A stretch of 49,384 nucleotides of DNA, from contig JWZX01003011.1 in assembly GCA_001275005.1 (NCBI GenBank), positions 1-49,384 of the forward strand, given 5' to 3'. Positions 35,718-44,105 of this stretch are shown one piece after another. The stretch's first letter is position 1, and the number at the start of each line of letters is the position of its first letter. This DNA comes from Chrysochromulina tobinii. Lineage: Eukaryota. The notes beneath the pieces are model-generated. The model was not told the DNA's origin, ran no database searches, and worked only from the letters and a program-made list of their open reading frames with translations. Both the position numbers and the translations under genes were made by a program.

Positions 35718-38353
35718 ATGGCGCCTGCGACAAAGGCCACGACGCAGCGCACCGAACCTGCCACGGTCGTCGTCGGTGTCAGCGAGCTGCTGCTCGCGAA
35801 GAACACTAAAAAGGCTCGCGTGCGCGTCGAGCTTCCGGATGGCCTGGCCACGGCGCAGCAAACGCCGGCCATCGACATGCAGGGCGGAAATCGCTCAGTG
35901 CGTGTGGACTGGTCGATCTCCATCCCTATCCAACCGGGAGGCTCAGCATGGACGGCGCTCGAGGCGGCGCTCGAGAGGCGTGCACAGCCCGAGGCGGCCG
36001 CGATCCGCTTCACCGTGCTCGACGAGAGTACGGGAGTGATCGGCGACGCGGTCGTGGACCTGTCGCGCCTCGCCGAGTACGGGCGATATGATAAGGAATC
36101 GCCCAAGATGACGCTTAACGTCGTCGACAAGCGCGGCGTGGCGCACGGGCAACTGATCGCTCACGTGCAGGCGCTGGAGGCGGTGCGGCTCGTGCTAAAG
36201 GGGGCCCCATCGCCACCGCCGCCGCTACCGCTGAGCATCGAGCCGAAGGTGAAAAAGGCCTTTGAGACCTTTGACAAGAACGGCGACGGCAGCATCGACG
36301 CGGACGAGCTGCGCGAGGCGCTCAAGTACCTCGGGCTGAACGCGTCGGCCGCGCAAACCCGCGAGGTGCTCGAGCGCTACGACACGGGCTTTCGCGACGG
36401 CAAGCTCGACTTGGGCGAGTTTGCTCGCCTCGTGCAGGACTTGAACTCGTTCACGGGCGGCGGCGGCGCCTTGGATGGTGGGATGGGGACGGCCGACGAG
36501 CGCGTGCGTGTGGCCTTCTCGCGCTTCGACGTGGATGGCAACGGGCGGCTGGATGCAGTCGAGATCAAGCAGGCGCTCGCGACGCTCGGCATGGTCGCCA
36601 GCTCATCGGAGGCCGTCGCCGTCCTCCAAAAGTACGACACAGACCGCTCGGGCGGCGTCGAGCTCGCCGAGTTCGCACAACTCGTCAACGACCTGATCGC
36701 CTTCCAAGGTGGCGGCAGCAAGGACATCCCACACGAGGTGCGCAAGGCGTTCGCGCACTTCGACAGTGACGGCAACGGGCGCATCGACGCCTTCGAGCTG
36801 CGCACGGCGCTGCATCACCTCGGCGTCGAGGCCTCTTCCGCCCAGGCTCTGGCCGTGCTCAAAAAGTATGACGTGGACCGAAGCCGCGAGCTCGACATTG
36901 ACGAATTCGCGAAGCTCGTGATGGACGTGCGAGAGTTCCAAAAGGGGGTGAGTCGCGACAAGGTGCTCGAGCAGCTCAAGCTGCCCCAGGTCGTCATGCT
37001 GCTGAACAGGCATCGCACCGCGCTCGATGAGCTCTTCTCCGCCTTCGCGCGCCGTGACGAAACCTTCGTGCTCGCGAGCGGGCTCGCGCACACTGACGAG
37101 GAGCTGCGCGCGGCTTTCGCCACCTTCGACCCTGAGGGGAGCGGCGCCATCGACGCCAAAGCGCTCGGGGGCGCGCTCGCGCGCCTCGGCGTGCCCACGA
37201 ACGGCGAGCAGGCTGAGAGGGTGTTGGCGCGCTACCAACCAGGGAGTGGCTCGAGTATGGTTGGCCTCTCGGAGTTTCGCGCTCTGGTGGCCGACTTGCG
37301 CCGCTTTGCCACGGCCGCGGCGCCGGAGCCGTCCGCGGCCAAGGGGGGCGCCGTGCTGAGCGAGGCGACCTCGCGCATGCTCGGGGTGGAGGAACTCCTC
37401 TCGATGTGCCACGGCTTCCGTCTGGTGCCCGATAGGCTGCGTGAGGAGGAGGTGAAGACGGCCGTGCGGGAGATGCAGCCGAGCTCAACAGCCGTGGGGC
37501 AGCTGCAGCCCTTCAAGCGGCTCTTCTTCGATGAGGTGCTGCTCCGAATGGCGCACGTGGTGGCCAGCCGTACTGGAGGAGTTCAGAGCGCCGAGCCACA
37601 CGTGCGGCTCGAGGAGCTCTTTCAGTTCATGAGGCTCGACACGGTCGCGGCGATGCGCATGCTCATGCGCACGCACATGCTGATCGAGGCATGCACGAGC
37701 GGCGAGCTCGCGCAGGTGCGCCACCCTGATGACATCTGATTGCGTCTGATTGCGTCTGATTGCGTCTGATTGCGAGCTCGCGCAGGTGCGCCGGCTGCTC
37801 GGCGAGGGCGCACCCGTGGATGGCCGCGGCTACGACGGCTGGTCCCCGCTCCACCGCGCGGCCGCGTACGGGCATGAGGAGGCTGTTGAGGCACTTATCC
37901 ACGCCGGCGCCTCGTTGCCGCTGAAGACGCCGGACGGTTTCTCGGCGTTGCACTGGGCGTGCGAGTACGGGCACCCGGGCGTGGTGCGCCTGCTGCTCAA
38001 GGCACGTGCGCCCGTCGCCGACGTGAGTGACGAAACCCTCTGGACGCCGCTGCACCGCGCCGCCCTCGACGGCCACTTGGCCGTCGTCAAGCTCCTCTTA
38101 AGTGAAGGTGCACCCGTGGCCGTGCGAGACCGCGAGGGCGACACGCCGCTGCACGACGCCGCGCGCAACGGCCACTTGGCGGTGGGTCAAGGCACTGGTG
38201 GCCGCGTGGCCCGTGGCCACGCCCCTCGATGAGCCGAACCACGTGGGGCTCTCGGCTCTCGAGCTCGCGCGCCGCGGCAGTCGCGGACCCGTCTACGAGT
38301 TTCTGCAGGAGAAGACGAGTCAGAAGCGCAGCTCGGGCAGCATGTACCTGTGA
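35718..38353 (+). CDS. C2-like + multiple EF-hand + ankyrin-repeat protein (intron 37716-37785; apparent +1 frameshift at ~38185)
   Basis: EF loops DKNGDGSIDADE, DVDGNGRLDAVE, DTDRSGGVELAE, DSDGNGRIDAFE, DVDRSRELDIDE and DPEGSGAID. Ankyrin repeats follow the phase-0 intron. The last repeat continues in ORF 38102..38353 if one G is removed at 38184-38186. Confidence 0.8.
37716..37785 (+). other. 70-bp GT-AG intron containing (GTCTGATTGC)n, flanked by a 21-bp direct repeat
   Basis: gcgagctcgcgcag|gtgcgcc at 37702-37722 and 37772-37792. Removing the intron joins the two ORFs in frame. Confidence 0.9.
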
Positions 38354-38733
38354 AAGCTCTCACGTAAGATTCCTTAATCGCTAACGCTAACGGCGTGCAC
38401 GCGCCGTTGTGAAGGCTCGCCCAAGCCGAGCGCCTTTAAACATACTTAGTTCGTGCCGGCTTAATTGTTAATACAGCGTGGCCTCCGGTCCCCCAAACCA
38501 TGAGATTTCCATGGAGATATTTCAGAAGTCCAGGCCCAACCCCAAGCAAGCATGTTGAAACAAGCTAAGTAGTCGACAAAACGACACAAGTAGTACCTAA
38601 ACAAGCGCATAAGGCGCGACACGCAAACGGTCCAACAAGTTCCGGCCCGCCGTGGGAGGCCTACGAGATTGACCTACGGCTGATCCGCGTGATGCGTTTT
38701 GGCCACGGCTCTTAGCCCTCGTCAACGTGAACG

Positions 38734-41520
38734 TCACGCAGTCGGGCTCGACCACGACTCGCACGAGCGCACGCACTCGCTGAGGAGGGCGAGCGCCTCG
38801 TCCCTGTGCTGGAAGGAGGCGAAGACGAGCGTGCTGCCGTCGTCGAGGTTGATCCGGATCGCATTGGGGATGAGGTGGAAGAGTGGGTCGCGGCAGCCCT
38901 CGACGCTCACTACACGGCCAAGGGGCAGCTTCGTGTATGCGGACGCAAAGAGCGCCGCCTCGAAACACAGATGACGCGTGGACACGTGCAGCACTCCCTG
39001 GCGCAGCCCGTGCAGACCACGAGGCCCTGGCGAGCCGAGGCCCGAGTGCGTGGGCGAGGGAGCCGCTGCATGCAGAGCGCACGGGTAGACGCCGATGAGC
39101 GTTTCGTTCACACCCACCTCGAAGCGCTGCTGGAACATGGCTGTGCGCGGCGAGAGCAAGGCCGAGCGCAGTAGGGAGGGGCACGCCTCGCCTAGCCGCT
39201 GCTCGATGAGGGCCTGGACCGTGTCGAGCGCCATGGCGTGCTCGTTGACGGATTGGCGCGTGTTCAAGCCGGCGGCAAGCCAAGCTGCATCCGCAAAGGT
39301 GCCCGTGTCCATGCTGCTGCCGCCGCCATCGGTGCCGCCGCCGGCCTTGCGCGAAGGGGTGCCATTCCCGCCGCCGGCCGTACGCGAAGGGGTGCCATTA
39401 CCGCCCCTCGGACGCAAGGGCGTGCAACTGCCACCGCCGCCTGCCCCTCGACCTCCGCAATACCCGGCTGCCGGGGCGAGCGTGAATTCACGCACGGTGC
39501 GGCTCTGGAGGGCGGCGGCGAGGAAGGCGAGGGAGCGCGTCTGAGGCTGTCGTGCACACACGTGGATGAGTGCGTCCGCCTTGCATTGCATCACTCGTCG
39601 CGTCGCCGTCTCGAGACTCGCAGCGGGTAGACGGTCGGTCGACAAATACCGCAGAATGTCCGTAGCGAGCTCGACGGCGACGGTGCACTCGGCGGCACGC
39701 GCGGCATCGATCGGGTCGCCGGAGCCGCGCAGCAGCGGCTGGGCCGACGGCGCAAGCAGCTCGCACATGAACTCGAGGAAGGTGGCCTGCAGGGCGCGCT
39801 CCGACTGCGGCGACGCGGGCACGCTACCGGTAGAGGGCGCTTGGCGCTCAACTTGGCGCGCGATCTCGGCATTGAGCTCGAGGAGCGCGGGCGCCGTCGC
39901 GAGCGCGCGCAGCTCGGCGAGCGCCTCGTCGCCAGCAAGCGTCCCGTCGTCGAGGTCGAAGACGACTACGTGCGGCGCGAGGGGCTCGAGCTGCGCGACG
40001 AGGTGGCGCTCGATGCCGATGATGAAGGGGGTGGGTGAGCAGTTGACAAGCGTGCCGGGCTCCGGGTGCAGATTGGCAGGTAGGAAGGGGATGAAGGTGC
40101 CCGAGTACGACAGAGGCGAGAGGGTGTGAACGAGCGCGGCGGCAACGGGCATCAGCCTGGCCACCAGCGTGCTCACGAGGAGCAGAGGCCTTTCTAGGAG
40201 CGCGGCCAGGAAGAGGATGAGCACCGTGTCGCTCGTGCCGGCCCCCCCCCGCGCGCAGGCCTCGAGCAGCGGCGCGATGGGCGAGGGCAGCCAGAGAGGA
40301 TGCTGCATCAGAAAGGCGACCTCGGCGTCGCTCTGCGCGAGCGCCGCACCAAACTGGCGAGCGTGCGCACCCAGCGAGGCGCGCGAGAGCGGCTGGCTCT
40401 GGTGCACCAGGAAGAGGCTCTTGGCAACGTCGAGCATCGCACGCATCATCGGCCAATCGCAGAGAAGGACGAGGCTCAGAGGGACGAGGGCTCCCGCATG
40501 GGCGACGTTCTCGAGCCCCGTGACCGCGCATGCATAGCGCACCGCGCCGTTGGAGGCGGTGAACGAAAAGGTGAACCCGAAGCCGTCGTGCGTGCTGTCA
40601 GCCGGGCGCGCTGCACGTAAACGCTCGAGCAGCGACGCCGGGAAGCAAAAGAAGCGCAGGTGCTCGGGTGGAGTCGCGTCACTCGGCCAGCAGACGAGCC
40701 CGCCGTCCCTACTGTGCACGAGAGTGCATGCGTCCCAGTACGAGCGCGGCAGCGCGTGCAGCGCTCCGGACGGCCCGCCGCCTTCCCCAGTCGGCAGAGG
40801 AGGCCCGCGCATGCAGAACAGTCGGAGCTCGCCGCAGCTCGCCGCTACCTCAGCCTCAGAAGCGACCTCAGCAGCTTCCTTTGCCTCAGCAGCCATCAGC
40901 TGCACCAGAGCCAGCCGCTCTCGCGCCGAGAGTGGCGCACGAGGCGAGAGTGGCGCACGAGACTCACGTGGCATGAAGCGAGGCGAGCGGAAGCCAGAGA
41001 GAGGCGCGGCGCCGAGCGCGAGAGCGGCCTCGCTGCCTTTCCGCAGCAGCAGCTCTGCGCCCGCCTCGCCCACCTCGTCACCGGCTGGCCGAGTGGCTTG
41101 CGGCGCAAAGGCCGGCACATTGGACCGTGCGGACGCAGCTGTGCCGCGGTCTAAATGCTCTGCCGAGGCGTGTGGCTCATCAGCCTCGCCATTGCGTGCG
41201 CCTGATCCCGGGCTCTTCAGCCGGTGTAATCGGAGCGTAGATATAAGGGGCATCGTGGACCCGGTGCCAGTGCCACTGCTCACGGCACCCGCCAGTGACG
41301 AGGCCGGGCGGGCGCTGTGTAACGCCTCATCGCTCAATGCCGGTGGACGCGTTGGCTCCGGCATGGTCGGCGACACGGTGCCATCTGCCTTCTCGTTGAA
41401 GCCGCCGCGCCGTCTGAAGAAGCCTCTGGGCGACTGCAGCGGCTCGTCGGGCGACTCGCTGCCCGACTCTGAGCCAACGTCCCTGAGGGATGGGCTCCGA
41501 CCAGACAGGAGTCTGAGCAT
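38734..41520 (-). CDS. DENN-domain (Rab GEF) protein with C-terminal GRAM domain
   Basis: 'LRFFCFP', 'FTFSFTASNGAVRYACAV', 'AALLERPLLLVS', 'FIPFLP...CSPTPFIIGI', 'VVVFDLD' (DENN). 'LIGVYPCAL...QGVLHVSTRHLCF...LIPNAIRI..LVFASFQHRDEA' (GRAM). Confidence 0.85.
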   Translation of the reverse strand: MLRLLSGRSPSLRDVGSESGSESPDEPLQSPRGFFRRRGGFNEKADGTVSPTMPEPTRPPALSDEALHSARPASSLAGAVSSGTGTGSTMPLISTLRLHRLKSPGSGARNGEADEPHASAEHLDRGTAASARSNVPAFAPQATRPAGDEVGEAGAELLLRKGSEAALALGAAPLSGFRSPRFMPRESRAPLSPRAPLSARERLALVQLMAAEAKEAAEVASEAEVAASCGELRLFCMRGPPLPTGEGGGPSGALHALPRSYWDACTLVHSRDGGLVCWPSDATPPEHLRFFCFPASLLERLRAARPADSTHDGFGFTFSFTASNGAVRYACAVTGLENVAHAGALVPLSLVLLCDWPMMRAMLDVAKSLFLVHQSQPLSRASLGAHARQFGAALAQSDAEVAFLMQHPLWLPSPIAPLLEACARGGAGTSDTVLILFLAALLERPLLLVSTLVARLMPVAAALVHTLSPLSYSGTFIPFLPANLHPEPGTLVNCSPTPFIIGIERHLVAQLEPLAPHVVVFDLDDGTLAGDEALAELRALATAPALLELNAEIARQVERQAPSTGSVPASPQSERALQATFLEFMCELLAPSAQPLLRGSGDPIDAARAAECTVAVELATDILRYLSTDRLPAASLETATRRVMQCKADALIHVCARQPQTRSLAFLAAALQSRTVREFTLAPAAGYCGGRGAGGGGSCTPLRPRGGNGTPSRTAGGGNGTPSRKAGGGTDGGGSSMDTGTFADAAWLAAGLNTRQSVNEHAMALDTVQALIEQRLGEACPSLLRSALLSPRTAMFQQRFEVGVNETLIGVYPCALHAAAPSPTHSGLGSPGPRGLHGLRQGVLHVSTRHLCFEAALFASAYTKLPLGRVVSVEGCRDPLFHLIPNAIRINLDDGSTLVFASFQHRDEALALLSECVRSCESWSSPTA

Positions 41521-41888
41521 GAAAAAGCGATTTGATTCTGTTCATGAGGGAATTCACATAAAGATTCCGTTTGGTACATGTAGGTCGTTCTTCCATGTCG
41601 ATTCATTCATGAGCGATCTGTTTAAAGGAAGAGTCCGATTTCCGAAACGAACGCGACGTCGTTCCTGCAGGGATTCGGACCGGTCCGAATCCGCAGAATT
41701 ATTTTTTTTGTTTTTTGGAAAGGTGGTGCCCTGCAACGAGACGCCGAGGTCGAGAGTTTTTAGAAATTTTAGAGTTTTTCGAGTATTTTCGTGTGTTTTC
41801 CATGGGAGTTGGTTTCGGGCAGGGGAGAGTTTCCTTTAAGAAAGGTGGATTCAAAAGTTCGCACGACGGTTTTGCAGTGCTCTAAATC

Positions 41889-42642
41889 ATGCGGGCGGCT
41901 CAGCCGCGACCGTCGACGGCGGCGAAAGCGAAAGCCGCGGCCAGGGAATCCGGCGGAGCGGCGGCGGCGCTGCTGGCCCGCACGCACTCGGCCGCAGGCC
42001 GTGCTGAGATGGAGGCGTTCGCAAAGTGCGTACTCATGGAGATGGAGGCGATCGACGGCAACCTCGCTCTCTCGACCATGCCATCCGCAGCAGCGGCGGC
42101 GGCGCTGCTGCACTCTTTAGCCAACGCCCCGAGGAACGCAGTGGCGCAGGCACGCCGCTTCTCGCCGCAGAAGTACGGTGCGGCACCGCCACCTCAAGGG
42201 CCAGTGATGCCGCCACGCACGAGCTCGTTCGTGCACCTCAGCGCCAAGGGCTCCTCCTCACAGCCCACGTTAACGCATCCCGAACTGCAACGATCGCTCT
42301 CCGGCTCGGACCTGACGCGGCGTCGGATCGAGCGCGCCATCTCAGTCTACGCACTGCGTCGAGCGTACGTCGAAGAGCGCGTCACACCACTCTACAACTT
42401 CAGGGCGCTCGCCAAGCCGCCCGCAGCGCCGCGGTGTGATCCGCCGCAATACGCGCTCGTGGAGGAGGCCTATAGTGCCGCGCGCGTGCGCCAGCGGAAT
42501 CGTGCGCCGACGGATGCCAAGCGCGAGCGCATCATGGAGGAGGATCCCTTCCCGCCACCGTTTGAGTGTGCCTCGGCCGAGTGGGAGTTTGGGCAAGAGC
42601 AGCACCAACACTATCAGGAGCAGCAGTACCAGCAGCAGCAGT

Positions 42643-42679
<37 letters not shown>

Positions 42680-43667
42680 ACAGCGGGCGGTCCGCTCATC
42701 GTCGGCGCAGAGGCACGATGAGCGCTCACCGCGGCGCTCATCGCAATCAGTGGCAATCAGTGGCAATCAGTGGCAATCAGTGGAGCTCTCACCACAGCGC
42801 TCACCACAGCGCTCACCGCGGCCGACCATCACCCCACCCAGACCGAGGTCGAGTGGCCCGTCGTCCGTCGTAGCCGCGAGCCTGCAGAATCTGCAACTCT
42901 GGCCGCCGGCGACGGCGCCACTGCCTGTACATCCGAAGACCGGATTGGACCGCTTCGGTAACGGTAGCTCCGCTCGCGCGAGCAGTAACGAGCTACCGGC
43001 GATGACCTCGCGACCGGGTACGGCCTCGCGGCCTCCCTCACGTGGCGGAGGCTTCTCTCTGAGCGGTCCGCCCTCGCGACGACCACACACGGCCGAGGCT
43101 GCGCCACTCTCTGTCGAAGGCTGCTACTCCGAGCCGTCCTCGCGCCCGCCCTCGGCGGCACCAGTCACGGCTGCCCACGTAGCACAGCACGATTGGCCCT
43201 CAGCGGCGCCTTCGCGCCCAGCGTCCGCCAATGTGTGGGCTGACGTGTCACACCCACGCCGGAGCGCCGCGCTGAGCGCTGCGACCGCTGAAGAAGACCT
43301 CGACGCCCTCGCTTCGTCAAAGCCAGCTGTGGAAGCGGCCCCAGCAGCCTCCAGCGGGCTCTCTCAGTCACGTCCCTCGTCGAGCGGCCTCCGACCCGTT
43401 CGGATCAATCGGCGGTGGGTGCATACGGCACCCTCGCGACCGGTGCGCCGCAGCACCCTCCAAACCGGCTCAGACTCCCCATGGATGCCCTTCCTTGCGC
43501 CCATGCGGAGCAAGCAGTCAGCCGATGACCCCGCCGTCGATCCGCGGCTGCTCACCAGCGCGTCGGTTGTCAGCATTGAGCCGGCGCTCAACAGCAGCTC
43601 CGTCGGCAACGCGCTCACAGCCACACATCAAGCGGTCCCTGTGCCGGGAGGGTGGTCGATCGATTAG
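41889..43667 (+). CDS. Hypothetical low-complexity (S/P/R-rich, polyQ) protein
   Basis: 592-aa ORF divergent from the DENN gene, with polyQ at ~42600-42682 and repeated SRP(G/P/S)(T/S)A motifs. No recognisable domain. Confidence 0.6.
42721..42822 (+). repeat. (GCAATCAGTG)~3.7 satellite flanked by 15-bp direct repeat, in frame within CDS
   Basis: agcgctcaccgcggc at 42721 and 42808 (offset 87 nt = 29 codons), with gcaatcagtg repeats at ~42746-42783. Confidence 0.85.
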
Positions 43668-44105
43668 TTTGCACGGACTACGGTGTGGAGATACATTGTA
43701 GTTTGTATGTTGCCAAATTTCAATATACTACCTAGTAGCTAATTTCGCTACACCTAGAGTTGGCAGTTCATCAGATCTGAGAGCTCCTGGACAGCTACTG
43801 ACAGCTTGCAAACGCCGAATTCCGCGTCGCAGCGAGACGAGTCGCTGCACCGCGAGCATACCATCGCTTTCTCTCATCAATCAGTCGACGTGAGGTTGTA
43901 ACGTCATCATAACGTCACGGGAGGCCCCGGGGCCCGAGGCCCCCGCAGCCCGCTGCGCCGTGAACGTGAAACCACACTTTCTCCTTCGTCCGCGCCGGCC
44001 AAAATTGAGCTGACGCCGACCATCACTATTTTGAGCTTCGCTCCATAGACGGCCGCCCCCGCGCAACTCGCTGGCACGAGCCGTCCTCTCGTGACTCGCG
44101 TCAGC

